Origin: Myxococcota bacterium
GTDB lineage: Bacteria; Myxococcota_A; UBA796; GCA-2862545
Direction: 5' to 3'
NCBI GenBank assembly: GCA_039208735.1
Contig: JBCCQY010000033.1
Location: 1 to 64,000 of the forward strand
Length of the DNA stretch: 64,000 nucleotides
Shown here: positions 25,906 through 36,733 of the stretch, piece after piece
Layout: every line of letters starts with the position of its first letter
Position numbering within the stretch: the stretch's first letter is position 1
Translations under genes and position numbers: made by a program
Notes under the pieces: generated by a model
The model's database searches: none
What the model was told of the DNA's origin: nothing
The model's input: the letters and a program-made list of their open reading frames with translations, nothing else

Positions 25906-28068
25906 ATGCTCGGCGGATGGCTGTTCGCGATGGCGTCTACGGCGTTTGCGGTCTGCGGCGACGGGCAGCTCGAAGACGGCGAAACCTGCGACGACGGTAA
26001 CGTCATGGGTGGCGACGGCTGCTCGGCGCAGTGTGCCTTCGAACTCGGCGTGGTCGACCTATGCTCCCGTGGCGTGGACGGCGACAAGGTCATCAAGAAG
26101 ACCGAGATCGTCAATACCTACTTCCCTCCCAATGGCGATGAAATCACGCTGGCCGCAGGGTCGACGACGTTGTCACTTGGCACCTCACGAGGGGCAGGCC
26201 ACCCCCTCCGCGTCGGCGACCGGCTCCTCCTGATTCAAATGCAGGGTGTCGACATCGATGCCGGACCCTCACAGTCGGCAGGCGACACTTACGGCGACGG
26301 AACCCCCACCGCACCCGTGACCGACAACGACCGAGCTGGCCACCTCAACCAAGCCTTCACCGCCGGCCAGTACGAAATGGTGGTCGTCGCTACGAACCCC
26401 GACAAGGGCACCCTCGAGGTCTTTGGGGCGGGCAAGGACGGCGGGCTTATGCACGAATACGTACAGTCCCGCAGCGTCGACAACGATTCGGGGTTTCGCA
26501 CCTTCCAAGCCGTACACATCCCGCAGTACCGCGACCTTTCCGTCACGAAGTCGTCGATCATCCCCGAACTCTGGGACGGGTCCACGGGTGGCATCGTGGC
26601 CGTCGATGTGGCGCGCCAGCTCGAGTTACTGGATGGCCGAATGGAGGCCTCTGGGGCTGGTTTTCGCGGAGGCCAGGCCAACAGCCCCGCGACGGGCGAC
26701 TTCGGCACGGGAGGATTCCCCGCCGAAAAAGGGGAAGGCATCGCCGGCTCACCGGCCGGGACCTACCAGGCGGTATCTGGCGAATATGTCATGGGCCCGT
26801 CCGGCTACCCCATGCCGGCTGACGACGGCGTCGGCGCCCCTGCGAATGCCGGGGGCAACAGCACCTCGTCCTTCGATTCGGGTGGCGGAGGCGGCGCGAA
26901 CGCCGGGTACGGCGGCATGGGGGGTATCGGTGGTGGAGGCCCCGTCCTCGTTGAGGGCATCGGCGGTGCGCCGGTCCACGGCCCCGGCTACTTCGATCTC
27001 CGCCCCGACCGTCTGTTTCTAGGTGGCGGGGGCGGCGGCGCATCGGGCGACGACCCCATTCCCAACCCCTTCGCGGGCGCCGGCGGGACCGGCGGGGGCA
27101 TCATCTGGGTCCGCGCTCGACGCGTCGCCGCCTCGGGCTCTGCGGTGCTGCGAACCTCCGGTTCGTCGACGTTCGTGGCCGACGCCGAGGGTGGCGGCGG
27201 CGGTGGTGCGGGCGGCACGATCCTCGTCCTCACCGATAGCGCCTCGCTTGCCGAGCTGCCCTTGCTTGCCGTGGGCGCAGAGGGCAATGCATCTGACCTT
27301 TCTGGGGACGGCGCAGGCGGCGGCGGCGGCGGCGGCGCCATCTGGGTGGCCAATAGCACGGACGCCTCGGGGGACGTGCGAGGAGGCCTCGCCGGCGGCA
27401 GCTTCGGCATGTTTGCCGGCAACCTTGGCAACCCTGGTACGGACGGCGCGTTCGACCCCGCCGCGGCCGTGCTGCCCTCGTTCGATTGCGATTTCACGGA
27501 CGACCTCGACGGCGACGGGCTCACCGACGAGGAAGAAGAAGATCTGGGCAGCGATCCGCTCGACCCCGACACCGACAACGACGGGCTCACCGACGGTGAC
27601 GAGGTCAATGAGTACGACACCGACCTTCTCGATCCCGATACCGACGACGACGGACTGACCGACGGCGACGAAGTCAACGAGCACGACACCGATCCGCTCG
27701 ATCCCGACACCGATGACGATGGACTCAACGACGGCGACGAGGTCAACGAGCACGACACCGATCCGCTCGACCCCGACAGCGACGACGACGGACTGACCGA
27801 CGGTGATGAAGTCGACGTGCACGACACCGATCCGCTCGACCCCGATACCGACGATGGCGGCAAGAGCGACGGCGACGAAGTGGAAGAGGGCCGCGATCCG
27901 CTGGACGGGACCGACGACTTCGATTCGGAAGTCGAGCCTAGCAACGTCGGGCGCTACCTCGGCGGAGCCTGCACCGGCTGCCAGTCGACGGGAACCCCCG
28001 CTTTGGGGTGGCTAAGCCTGCTCGCTGGGGTCATTTTCTGGCGTCGCCGGAAAACGTTGACGCATTAG
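25906..28068 (+). CDS. Surface adhesin-like protein: myxobacterial Cys-rich repeat, Gly-rich domain, Ca-binding TSP3-like repeats and MYXO-CTERM-type tail
   Basis: SD GAGGAG and signal peptide. Contains [45 protein letters not shown], poly-Gly tracts and [12 protein letters not shown] repeats. Tail GGACTGC...[15 protein letters not shown]. Confidence 0.88.
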   Translation: MLGGWLFAMASTAFAVCGDGQLEDGETCDDGNVMGGDGCSAQCAFELGVVDLCSRGVDGDKVIKKTEIVNTYFPPNGDEITLAAGSTTLSLGTSRGAGHPLRVGDRLLLIQMQGVDIDAGPSQSAGDTYGDGTPTAPVTDNDRAGHLNQAFTAGQYEMVVVATNPDKGTLEVFGAGKDGGLMHEYVQSRSVDNDSGFRTFQAVHIPQYRDLSVTKSSIIPELWDGSTGGIVAVDVARQLELLDGRMEASGAGFRGGQANSPATGDFGTGGFPAEKGEGIAGSPAGTYQAVSGEYVMGPSGYPMPADDGVGAPANAGGNSTSSFDSGGGGGANAGYGGMGGIGGGGPVLVEGIGGAPVHGPGYFDLRPDRLFLGGGGGGASGDDPIPNPFAGAGGTGGGIIWVRARRVAASGSAVLRTSGSSTFVADAEGGGGGGAGGTILVLTDSASLAELPLLAVGAEGNASDLSGDGAGGGGGGGAIWVANSTDASGDVRGGLAGGSFGMFAGNLGNPGTDGAFDPAAAVLPSFDCDFTDDLDGDGLTDEEEEDLGSDPLDPDTDNDGLTDGDEVNEYDTDLLDPDTDDDGLTDGDEVNEHDTDPLDPDTDDDGLNDGDEVNEHDTDPLDPDSDDDGLTDGDEVDVHDTDPLDPDTDDGGKSDGDEVEEGRDPLDGTDDFDSEVEPSNVGRYLGGACTGCQSTGTPALGWLSLLAGVIFWRRRKTLTH
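27502..27918 (+). repeat. Six tandem coding repeats of about 69 bp ([27 protein letters not shown], TSP3 Ca-binding type)
   Basis: Visible in both DNA and protein. Four central 23-aa units are near-identical; the two flanking units are degenerate. Confidence 0.9.
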
Positions 28069-28077
28069 TCGATCCGG

Positions 28078-31000
28078 GTGTCCGCCCCTGATCTGATCGA
28101 AGCCATCCGCCACGCGCGTCAGCTCCTCGCCCACGGCCAAGCCGAAGACGCCGAGGCAGCGCTTAGCTCGCTGACCTCGGATCCTTCCGCGGAACTGGCG
28201 GTGGCCTGGCGCGAACTGGCCGCCGTATGGCAACAGCGCGGGGACTTGCGACGAGCGCTTTCCACGGTGCGAACCGCCGTGCAGCGCGCAGAAGGCACCG
28301 ACCAGCTTCTCGAGGCCTTGGTCGACGCCGCTGCGCTCGAGGCGGTCGCCGGCAATGCCACGGTCGCCGCTGACCATGTGTCAGCCGTGCTTCGCCTCGC
28401 CCCCGAGGACGATCCCGAAGTGAGAGCCAAGGCCCTGGTCGTACGAGAGGCCCTCGAGCTGGACCAAAGCCCCGTCGAGTCCGACATTTCAATGTCCGAC
28501 CCCGACACCACCTCGGTCGCAGACCTTGGCCGCGCGCTCATCGAGGACGAACGGTGGGAAGAAGCCGCGGCGGTTCTCCGGGACTCTGATCCGGGCGATG
28601 ACTCGGACGCCTGGATGTTGCGTGGCGCCGCTGCTGCGGGCACGGACGACGCCGATGTTTGGACCCAAGTGCTGGCGCGCGCCCATCGGGAAGGCGCGGA
28701 GTGGGCCAACCGACCGGGCCAAGCCGATGCACTTCGGCTCGCAGCCCGTGCCTGGACGCGCTCGGGTCGACGAGAACACGTCGCGCGGGCGGTACGGGCC
28801 CACGGACTCGCCTTGGCCCAGTGGCTTCGCGAAGACAATGCCCTTGAGGCGAACAAAGAGCGCCGCTCCCTCGCGGCCCTGCGCCATGCGCCCTTTCCGG
28901 CGGGTCCCTTCGACCTTCACGAGCCCCTCGGGGAAGGGGGAGTGGGAGAAGTGTGGTTAGGCCGCCACTACCTTCGAGGCACCCAAGTCGCGGTCAAGGT
29001 CCTGAAGGCGGGCGTGCCCCAACAGGCCACGATCGAAGACGAGGCCCGTGCTGTCGGCACCCTCGAACATCCGGGCATCGTGCGACTCCTGGCCACAGGC
29101 AACCTCGACGAAACGGCGGCGATCGTTCGCGACGACCCGGCCCTCGCGGGGCGCCCCTGGTTTGCGATGGAGCTTGTGACGGGCGGCACCCTCCAAGACG
29201 TGTTGGGCACACTCGGCTGGTCGAGCGTGCGGGCGGTGTTGCTCGACTTGCTCACCGCGCTGGCCCACGCCCACGCCAGGGGCGTCCTGCACCTCGACCT
29301 CAAGCCCACCAACGTGTTGCTCGACGCCATTCGATCCGACGGGGTGGCCTTGGCTCCCGTTCCACGACTCGCGGATTTCGGTCTTGCGGGCTTGTTTGCA
29401 AGCCTCGACCGGTCTCGCAACGTCGTGATGGGCACGCCGCGCTACATGGCGCCCGAACAATTTCTGGGTGAAGTCGGCCAATTCGGCCCATGGACGGACC
29501 TCTACCAGCTCGGCTGCCTTGCCTGGGCCCTCGTGGTCGGACGTCCCCCGTATGAGGGTCAAACCGTCGAAGCCCTACGGGACGCCCACCTCGATACGCC
29601 CTTCCCATCCCTGCCTCGAAGCGACGCGCCGCCCGGGTTCTCGGACTGGCTCGCCCGCATGGTAGCCAAGGACCCCACACGGCGGTTCGATCATGCGGCC
29701 GATGCAGCGTGGGCCCTCCGCACCCTCGAAACGCCACGCCCCCGCGACATCGCACCGGGATGGCGCACCCCCGCCCTCCCGCGCGCCGAAGGGGCCATCG
29801 CGCTCGACCTGTTCGGACTTCGACGGGTGCCCCTGGTCGGCCGAGAGCCCCTCCGCCAGCGACTGTGGGATGAACTGCGCGCGTTGCACCGCGATGGCGT
29901 GCCGCGCATCGTCGTGCTCGAGGGGCCAGACGGAAGTGGCCGTTCCGCGCTCGCCCGCTGGCTCACCGAGACCGCCGCCGAGCGCGGGGTTGGAACGCCC
30001 GTACGCCTCTTAGAATCACGTCCTTTGGCGAGCGCGCTTCGACAAGTGTTGGGGGTCCATGCCGGCGTGCTCGGCGGCGCTCCGGGTCCGGCGTTGCGGG
30101 CCATGATCGCAAAGTCAGGGGAACGGCCGCTCATCCTCGATGTGGTGGCTGCGCACCTCGATCGCAACGATGTGGTGGAGGTCGTCGAAGGGCTCGCACG
30201 AGAGGGGCGAGTGCTCACCGTATTGCGCAGCACGCGGGGGGCCCCTCCCACCACCGAACGCGCGCGGACCTTGCTCAACGACCCCACCGCCACCCGGCTT
30301 GCCCTGGCCAGTCCCACCCCGCCCGAAGTCGAGGCGCTCGTCGAGGAACTCCTTCCGCTCGACCCCGTGGTCTTGCGACAAGTCGTTCGCCAGGCGGACG
30401 GCGACATGACCGACGCCATCGCCATCACGACCGCACTGGTCGACGGCGAAGCCCTCACCGAGCAGGTGGACGGCCGGCTGGGCCTCCGTCCCGACGCAAC
30501 GGTGAGCTACCCTGAAACCGTGCTGCAAACCTTGCGGCCGCGGGTCGAGGGCCTGCGAGAAGGGGACCGCGACCTCGCGACGGTCTGTGCCCTCTGGCGC
30601 ACGCCCTTCACCGAGGCTCAGTTCCGCGACGCCTGCGACATGGTGGGAGTCGCCTGGCGAGGACGAGCGCTGAAGCGACTCGTCACCGCCGAAATCCTCA
30701 CCTCCGAAGAGCCCTACGCGATCGCCCATCCCGGCCTCGTGGACCTGTTGGTCGAAGCAACCCGCCAGGCCGACCGACTGACGTTCGTGGCCACCCTCGC
30801 GGCCGGCCGGTTTCCCGGTCCCGATCGGGGGGCTCGGGGCGTCTTGTACGCGATGGCAGACCAGGTCGATCAGGCACTGGGTCCCCTTCTCGAGGGCGCC
30901 CGGGCGGCGGCCGATCGCGGCGACTTGCTCGCGGCCCTGGCCCTGCTCAAGCGACACCGCGCCCTCCGGTCCGACCGAGATGGCGATGCGGACGCCGTAG

Positions 31001-31884
31001 CCGCGGAGACTCTCGCCCTTCGCACGGCACTGCAGCGAGCGTGGCAGCCGGAGGTCGAACGCGAATTGTCGGCGCTGAATGCGCTTACCGCCATGCCCGA
31101 AGCCGCGTCGTGGACGGTCGATCGCATGCAAGGCCAACTGCACGTCGCCATGTTCCGGGGCCATCCGGCTGAGGCGGCCAACCGCGCCAACGCCCTTCTC
31201 GAACCCTCGCTCTCGGCCCCCATGGACGTGCAGCATGAAGCACGGCGGATCTTGGCGAGCTTGGCCTTTGAAGAAGGTGATCTCGAGACGTCAGCGGCCC
31301 ACCTTGCCGCATTGCCATCTTCCGACCGGATCGAGGCGATGCGGGCGGAGGTGGCCCACGCCCGAGGGGACGACCGCGCCGCACGCCAGCTGGCCGACAC
31401 GCCCACCACCGACATCGAAGCGCTCCTCATCCGGGCTCGGATGGCCGCGTGGCACGGCGCTCCCACGTCGGCCGAGCAGTGGCTTGGAGAAGCCGCCGCC
31501 CGCCTTCCGTTCCATGACCGTCGGGCCCGGCTCACGGTCGACCTGGCGACCGGGTGGTTGCATCTCGCACGGGAAGATTGGATCGCCCTGGAGATCGAAG
31601 CCGAACGCATTTTGCGTTCGCCGCGCATTGGCGAAGCGCTGCATGCCGAAGCCCGGTGGCTCTTGTTGCCGTGCCGGATCATCCAACCGGAGGCCGTCTG
31701 GGCAGGCACCTTGGCCCAACTCGAGCAGCTGCCTCCCCGCCGTACGTTGCAAACCCGATGGCTCGTCGACGCCGCCACCCTTCGCGCAAAGGGGCTCCCG
31801 CGGGCCCGGCGGCGGGCCGAGGCCATCGCCGAGTTCGGCCGACTGTCGAAGCACCATCGGCCGCGTCCTCAGGAGCTGCGATGA
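28078..31884 (+). CDS. Ser/Thr protein kinase with N-terminal TPR-like region, AAA/P-loop domain and helical C-terminal region
   Basis: Kinase motifs GEGGVGEV, VAVKVL, HLDLKPTN, DFG, GTPRYMAPE and DLYQLG. Then PLVGRE and Walker-A-like GPDGSGRS. Confidence 0.9.
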   Translation: MSAPDLIEAIRHARQLLAHGQAEDAEAALSSLTSDPSAELAVAWRELAAVWQQRGDLRRALSTVRTAVQRAEGTDQLLEALVDAAALEAVAGNATVAADHVSAVLRLAPEDDPEVRAKALVVREALELDQSPVESDISMSDPDTTSVADLGRALIEDERWEEAAAVLRDSDPGDDSDAWMLRGAAAAGTDDADVWTQVLARAHREGAEWANRPGQADALRLAARAWTRSGRREHVARAVRAHGLALAQWLREDNALEANKERRSLAALRHAPFPAGPFDLHEPLGEGGVGEVWLGRHYLRGTQVAVKVLKAGVPQQATIEDEARAVGTLEHPGIVRLLATGNLDETAAIVRDDPALAGRPWFAMELVTGGTLQDVLGTLGWSSVRAVLLDLLTALAHAHARGVLHLDLKPTNVLLDAIRSDGVALAPVPRLADFGLAGLFASLDRSRNVVMGTPRYMAPEQFLGEVGQFGPWTDLYQLGCLAWALVVGRPPYEGQTVEALRDAHLDTPFPSLPRSDAPPGFSDWLARMVAKDPTRRFDHAADAAWALRTLETPRPRDIAPGWRTPALPRAEGAIALDLFGLRRVPLVGREPLRQRLWDELRALHRDGVPRIVVLEGPDGSGRSALARWLTETAAERGVGTPVRLLESRPLASALRQVLGVHAGVLGGAPGPALRAMIAKSGERPLILDVVAAHLDRNDVVEVVEGLAREGRVLTVLRSTRGAPPTTERARTLLNDPTATRLALASPTPPEVEALVEELLPLDPVVLRQVVRQADGDMTDAIAITTALVDGEALTEQVDGRLGLRPDATVSYPETVLQTLRPRVEGLREGDRDLATVCALWRTPFTEAQFRDACDMVGVAWRGRALKRLVTAEILTSEEPYAIAHPGLVDLLVEATRQADRLTFVATLAAGRFPGPDRGARGVLYAMADQVDQALGPLLEGARAAADRGDLLAALALLKRHRALRSDRDGDADAVAAETLALRTALQRAWQPEVERELSALNALTAMPEAASWTVDRMQGQLHVAMFRGHPAEAANRANALLEPSLSAPMDVQHEARRILASLAFEEGDLETSAAHLAALPSSDRIEAMRAEVAHARGDDRAARQLADTPTTDIEALLIRARMAAWHGAPTSAEQWLGEAAARLPFHDRRARLTVDLATGWLHLAREDWIALEIEAERILRSPRIGEALHAEARWLLLPCRIIQPEAVWAGTLAQLEQLPPRRTLQTRWLVDAATLRAKGLPRARRRAEAIAEFGRLSKHHRPRPQELR

Positions 31885-32333
31885 ACTGGTCCTGGACCGA
31901 CTTCGATGGGCTCACGGCCCGCGAGCTGTATACGGTCCTGCAGCTGCGCCAGGCCGTGTTCGTGGTGGAGCAGACCTGTCCGTACCTCGACGCAGACGGC
32001 CGCGACGAAGCGGCCTGGCATCTCAGAGGATTGGCTACCGACGGCACGTTGGTCGCCTACTTACGAGCCTTTGGCCCCGATGCCGACGGGTACATCCACT
32101 TGGGGCGAGTGATTGTGGCGGGAGCGCGCCGTGGCGAAGGCCTCGGCTACACCCTCATGCGGCACGGAGCCGCCCGAGCCCTCGATCAATGGGGGCCTCA
32201 CCCCATCCACCTGTCCGCACAGGCGCACCTTGCCGCGTTCTACGGCACCCTCGGCTACACGGTGGTGGGCGAGCCTTACCTTGAAGACGACATTCCACAC
32301 ATTGCAATGCAAAAGCCGTTTTCCAGCCCATGA
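31881..32333 (+). CDS. GNAT acetyltransferase, ElaA family
   Basis: Motifs LYTVLQLRQAVFVVEQTCPYLDADGRD, LGRV, LSAQAHL and YLEDDIPHIAM. Confidence 0.92.
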   Translation: MNWSWTDFDGLTARELYTVLQLRQAVFVVEQTCPYLDADGRDEAAWHLRGLATDGTLVAYLRAFGPDADGYIHLGRVIVAGARRGEGLGYTLMRHGAARALDQWGPHPIHLSAQAHLAAFYGTLGYTVVGEPYLEDDIPHIAMQKPFSSP

Positions 32334-32415
32334 ATTCTGCCAGTATACACTTTGTGGTTCAAGACCTGTTCAATCGGCACAAAAATCGGTAACTCTCGGA
32401 GCAAAGGGAGCTGGG

Positions 32416-32922
32416 ATGTGGAAGGTGCCTTGTGTCGCGGTGATCTGCTTGGTGGCGTGTGGTTCGGAGGAATCGGTCAGCGAACGGCGCGTGCCGCCTC
32501 CGCCCGTCCCGTTTGAGCCCATCGACGCAAGTCCTCAGGATTCCGGCCTCAATCCACAGGAGAAGGTCGCGCAACTCGACTTCGAAGGCCCGTGGGTGGG
32601 GACCTGTGAGGTCGACCCACCCACGCCGGGACTCGAACTCAGTGTCGAACTGTCCCTCACTCAAACGACCTCTGGATTGCTTGGGGGCACGGGGCTCTTC
32701 GAAGTCGAGTTTTCGCTCTTCGGCATCGTCGTACCCGAGATCATCGAGGGCCCGGCCGAAGGTCAGGTGCTCGGTGACGGCTCTGCGCAGGTTGCCTTTT
32801 CGGACGGCCGGCAAGACGTCAACCTGTCGCTCATCCCGAACGTGACCGAGTTGGAGGGCCAACTTTCGTCGTCGTCGGGGATTGTTTACGGCGACGTTAG
32901 CTGTCAGCTCCAGCGTCCCTGA
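32416..32922 (+). CDS. Hypothetical beta-rich lipoprotein
   Basis: SD GGGAG, lipobox LVAC and GPWVGTC. Confidence 0.65.
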   Translation: MWKVPCVAVICLVACGSEESVSERRVPPPPVPFEPIDASPQDSGLNPQEKVAQLDFEGPWVGTCEVDPPTPGLELSVELSLTQTTSGLLGGTGLFEVEFSLFGIVVPEIIEGPAEGQVLGDGSAQVAFSDGRQDVNLSLIPNVTELEGQLSSSSGIVYGDVSCQLQRP

Positions 32923-34510
32923 CGAGCACGCCGGGATTGAGCACCCCTGCAGGGTCGACGGTTCGTTTCACCGCCGCCAGTACCTCACCAAAGGGAGCGG
33001 GCCGTTGGACTTCGTAGCCCGGACGATGCACCCGCCCGACGGCGTGGTGGTGCGTGATGGTCCCCCCATGGGTGAGCACCGCCTCGGACGCGGCTTGCTT
33101 GACCGCGGCCCACTGCTCGGCTTCCCGACCTCGTTCGGCGGGCATTAACCAGGTGAAGTAGGGCGCCGGACCGTCGGGGTAGACGTGGGTAAAGCGACAG
33201 CTGATGAACGCATGACCCCCGGATTGAGCTTTCATGGCTGCCCGCGTGGCCCGAATCACGCCTTGGTGCAGGGACTCAAATTGGTCCCACGGCACCGCCG
33301 TTTCAAACGTATCGGCGATGACCCCAACGGAGATCAACAGGGATTGGAGGTAAGGCCCCTCGAAGAAGGAGGACTTCCAGGAGCCGGCGGTGTCTCCGTC
33401 GCCCCCGTTGTCCCCCTCTCGGATCTCGGGCCCTTCCGGCGCGACCCCTCCATGCGCCGCGCACAGTTCGAGGGCACGTTGTAGAGGTTCGCGCACCGGT
33501 CGGTCGGCCGACTCGAACCCCAACAGCAACACGCCTTCGGCTGCATTGGGGAGCCGGTTGAGAAGCGCCTCCCTTCGATCGAGAAGCCGGCAATTGCTTG
33601 GATAAAGCCGGGCCTGCACAACCGCGCGCACCGCCTCCACGGCCTTTCCGTAGTCGGAGAACGTGACCGTGGCCTTGGCGCGATGGACGGGTCGTGGGCG
33701 TACGCGCATCCACGCCTCGGTGATCACGCCAAAGGTGCCTTCGCTACCGAGGACCAACCGGTCGGGACTCGGGCCCGCTCCCGAGCCGGGGAGACGACGA
33801 CTCTCCCAAGGCCCTTGGGGAGTGACCATCCGCACCGAAGCCACGAGATCGTCAATGTGGGTGTAGCGGGTCGCGAAGTGGCCTCCCGCTCGCGTGGCGA
33901 TCCAGCCTCCAAGCGTCGAAAACTCGAACGACTGGGGGTAATGCCGCAAGGTCAGACCGTGAGGAGCCAATTGGGATTCGAGCTGCGGCCCCAGCGCCCC
34001 CGCCTGGATGCGCGCAGTGAGGCTGGTTCGATCGACCTCAAGCACCTTATCCAAGTGCTGAAGGGAAAGGCAGATCCAGGGTCGGGGAGCGTCGGGCGTG
34101 ACCCCACCACAGACGCTGGTCCCACCGCCTCGCGGCACGATCGTCACGCCTTCTTGTGACGCAAATTGCAGCCACTGCACGAGTTCAGCTTCGGTCCGCG
34201 GCTGTGCGACGATGTCGGGAGCTCGCGAAAAATCACCATGATAGCCACGAAGCTGCTCGGGGTAGCTTCGGCCGTAGGTGTGTCGAATGCGAGCTTCGGC
34301 CGACGATTCGGCACTTGCCGCTAACTCCTGCGGAATCGTCACACGGGAGCGAGGAAGTTCAATCGCCTCGATGGGCACGGGATCATCGGGGGGCTGTCCG
34401 GCAAACCCCACCAACGCCGGTAGCATCTCGGCAAGTGACCCGCGAACCGACGCTTCCGGGAAGCGATCGGCCCACCCCCAACCCCAGTGACTTCGTGTGC
34501 TGATCGACAT
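32897..34510 (-). CDS. FAD-binding oxidoreductase, alkylglycerone-phosphate synthase-like
   Basis: Motifs PRGGGTSV, HYPQSFEFSTLGGWIATRAGG, GSEGTFGVITE, RFTHVYPDG and TITHHHAVG (HHH motif). Confidence 0.88.
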   Translation of the reverse strand: MSISTRSHWGWGWADRFPEASVRGSLAEMLPALVGFAGQPPDDPVPIEAIELPRSRVTIPQELAASAESSAEARIRHTYGRSYPEQLRGYHGDFSRAPDIVAQPRTEAELVQWLQFASQEGVTIVPRGGGTSVCGGVTPDAPRPWICLSLQHLDKVLEVDRTSLTARIQAGALGPQLESQLAPHGLTLRHYPQSFEFSTLGGWIATRAGGHFATRYTHIDDLVASVRMVTPQGPWESRRLPGSGAGPSPDRLVLGSEGTFGVITEAWMRVRPRPVHRAKATVTFSDYGKAVEAVRAVVQARLYPSNCRLLDRREALLNRLPNAAEGVLLLGFESADRPVREPLQRALELCAAHGGVAPEGPEIREGDNGGDGDTAGSWKSSFFEGPYLQSLLISVGVIADTFETAVPWDQFESLHQGVIRATRAAMKAQSGGHAFISCRFTHVYPDGPAPYFTWLMPAERGREAEQWAAVKQAASEAVLTHGGTITHHHAVGRVHRPGYEVQRPAPFGEVLAAVKRTVDPAGVLNPGVLVRDAGADS

Positions 34511-34628
34511 TCCCGCCAGTTTACTCGCATCCGGCGCCGAAAAAATTTCCACTCGCGTCTCAAGTCTGCTCGATCCCGTGCGATCCCCTTGCCGAGGGAA
34601 CGAACTTCGACACATGAAGGGGGGAATC

Positions 34629-35816
34629 ATGGGGCCGCCACGGCGGGGAAACTACACGATCTTCATGGGGCTCGTGGTGCTTGCTCTGCTCGGCTTCGCT
34701 GCGCTGGCGATCGATAGCACCATGATCACGATGGCCGAACTGCAGGCTCAGGCGACCGCAGATGCGGCCTCCCATGCTGCACTTGTGATGTACCGAAACA
34801 GCGAGGATGCCGATCGCACGGCAGATGCAACGGCAGCCGCGCACCACATCGTGTCGCGAAACTCGGTGGCGCTGGGCACCGCAAATCTCGACGGCGTCGA
34901 GTACGGAGGGTTCCGATTCGACACCCGCACGTTTTGCCCGGGCGGCTGCAGCGGGCTCGGCCACATCAACGCGGTTCGCGTGTCGCTGTCGCGAGAGAAC
35001 ACCAACGCCATCAATTTGGTGCTGGCCCCCCTCTTCGGCATCTACACCCACGACGTAAGGGCCGAAGCGGTCACCTCGCAGCAGCAGCGCGCCATCATGC
35101 TCATCCAGGACTGGTCGGGCTCGATGTTCACGGGCAAGGTTCCCCAGGCGATCGACAACTCTCGAGAGGCCACCTGGGGCTTTTACCAGTACCTCTCAGA
35201 TCATCCCCAGGACGGCGACATGCTCGGCCTGGCGGGCTACGCCCAACTCGGTGTGCTGGAAGACGGTTTTGGAACCGAGTTTCCCACCGATCCGTCATGG
35301 GCTCAGCTTACGGTCAACGAAGGAGCGGGGAACAAGGCCTACCTTGAAGAGAAGATTCGAGGCATCTGCAATTCCGAGGACGGATGCCCCGATCCGGACC
35401 CGTTCGGCATTTCCACCGCCGCCGATCACCACCCCTTGGAAGACGACATCGGCGCATGCACGAATCCCGAAATCGCCATTCGTCAGGCCATGCACCAGCT
35501 CACCACGAAGACAGACATCACGTTCTTTCGGGGCATCGTGTTGTTCTCGGATGGGGTCTTCAACTGCAACACCGACGGTTCGTGGAATTCGGGTCAAGCG
35601 AACGACCGAGCCATTGACGCGGTGGACGAGGCTTGGAACGTCCATGGCATCAACGTGTGGACCATCCTGCTGTCGAGTGGAGGGAGCGTCAACCCGTCGG
35701 CGATGGCCAACCTGGTGCGCGGCGCCGGGTTCGCCCAGGTTGGGAACGACCAGACCGAGTTGCTGAACATGTACCTTGAGGTGGCGCGATCATTGCCCAC
35801 CGCTCTCGTGAAGTGA
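34629..35816 (+). CDS. TadG-like pilus-assembly protein with vWA domain
   Basis: N-terminus RRGNYTIF...LAID...QATADAASHAAL (Tad domain), MIDAS motif DWSGSM and IVLFSDG. Confidence 0.85.
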   Translation: MGPPRRGNYTIFMGLVVLALLGFAALAIDSTMITMAELQAQATADAASHAALVMYRNSEDADRTADATAAAHHIVSRNSVALGTANLDGVEYGGFRFDTRTFCPGGCSGLGHINAVRVSLSRENTNAINLVLAPLFGIYTHDVRAEAVTSQQQRAIMLIQDWSGSMFTGKVPQAIDNSREATWGFYQYLSDHPQDGDMLGLAGYAQLGVLEDGFGTEFPTDPSWAQLTVNEGAGNKAYLEEKIRGICNSEDGCPDPDPFGISTAADHHPLEDDIGACTNPEIAIRQAMHQLTTKTDITFFRGIVLFSDGVFNCNTDGSWNSGQANDRAIDAVDEAWNVHGINVWTILLSSGGSVNPSAMANLVRGAGFAQVGNDQTELLNMYLEVARSLPTALVK

Positions 35817-35824
35817 GGTGGTCC

Positions 35825-36253
35825 ATGGACGTCTTTCGTCGCCGAGGCGCGAATGCGCTGGAATTCGGGCTGACTGTGCCCATCTTCATGATGCTGATGC
35901 TCGGCATCGTGGACTACGGCTGGATTTACGTACACCACGCGGGCCTCGCCAATGCGGCGTACCTCGGGTGTCGCGAAGGCTCGATGATCGACCCCAACAG
36001 TCCCAACGCGACGACCGGGGGTCCCGTACAGACCGCAGAAGAGACCATCGAGAATCATGCCGCGTACTTCTGCGCCAACGCGACCTGCGATGTCGTGGTG
36101 GAGGACATCGATGATCCTCCACAACGATCGTTGCAATGCACGATTTCGATTGATCCGTACCAGCCGCTCATCGGCTTCCTTCCCCCAGGCCTCCTGCCGG
36201 ACGTGCTCGTGAGCACCGCCCAGCAGCGGCTGGAATGGCAACGGGCGAGGTGA
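35825..36253 (+). CDS. TadE family pseudopilin
   Basis: RRRG|ANALEFGLTVPIF..LGIVDYG, with G-1/E+5 prepilin motif. Confidence 0.88.
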   Translation: MDVFRRRGANALEFGLTVPIFMMLMLGIVDYGWIYVHHAGLANAAYLGCREGSMIDPNSPNATTGGPVQTAEETIENHAAYFCANATCDVVVEDIDDPPQRSLQCTISIDPYQPLIGFLPPGLLPDVLVSTAQQRLEWQRAR

Positions 36254-36256
36254 ACC

Positions 36257-36733
36257 GTGCGTGTCGATCGACGTAGACGCGGTGCGGCCGCGATCGAGTT
36301 CGTGCTGTGGCTGAACGCCCTCTTTCTTCTGGTGTCCGGCCTCGTGGACTGGGCCACCTACATGTCGAGCCGCCTGGCCGTAACCCGAGCCGCGATGGAC
36401 GGCTGTCGCATTGGTTCGGCCGTCTTCGAGCCCGCGTCCATGACGCCGGGCACGCTTTCGACCCCATTGGCCGAGGACCGAGCCCTTGAGGTGCTCGAAT
36501 CCCTCGGAGTGGTGTGTGACTTGAGCGACGGTTGCGACATCGAAGCCACGTTCTGCCTCGCCGGGTCAGGGGGGGACGTCTGCGGGCCCGTAGCGCCTCC
36601 GTTCGACGCGCTCGTGGTCGAGGTGACCGTCGAGTACGACCCGATGTTCGGCTGGGCGGCGACCCCCGATGTGCTGCATGAGTCGTTCATGATGGCCGTG
36701 GAAAATCAACGGGAACCGGCGGGCACGCCATGA
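36257..36733 (+). CDS. TadE family pseudopilin
   Basis: RRRG|AAAIEFVLW..GLVDWA..AAMDGCR prepilin motif. Confidence 0.85.
   Translation: MRVDRRRRGAAAIEFVLWLNALFLLVSGLVDWATYMSSRLAVTRAAMDGCRIGSAVFEPASMTPGTLSTPLAEDRALEVLESLGVVCDLSDGCDIEATFCLAGSGGDVCGPVAPPFDALVVEVTVEYDPMFGWAATPDVLHESFMMAVENQREPAGTP

Noticed and set aside
27502..27918. Regular repeats of about 69 bp considered as a possible CRISPR array
   Set aside because: They are in-frame coding repeats with synonymous variation, no unique spacers and no cas genes.
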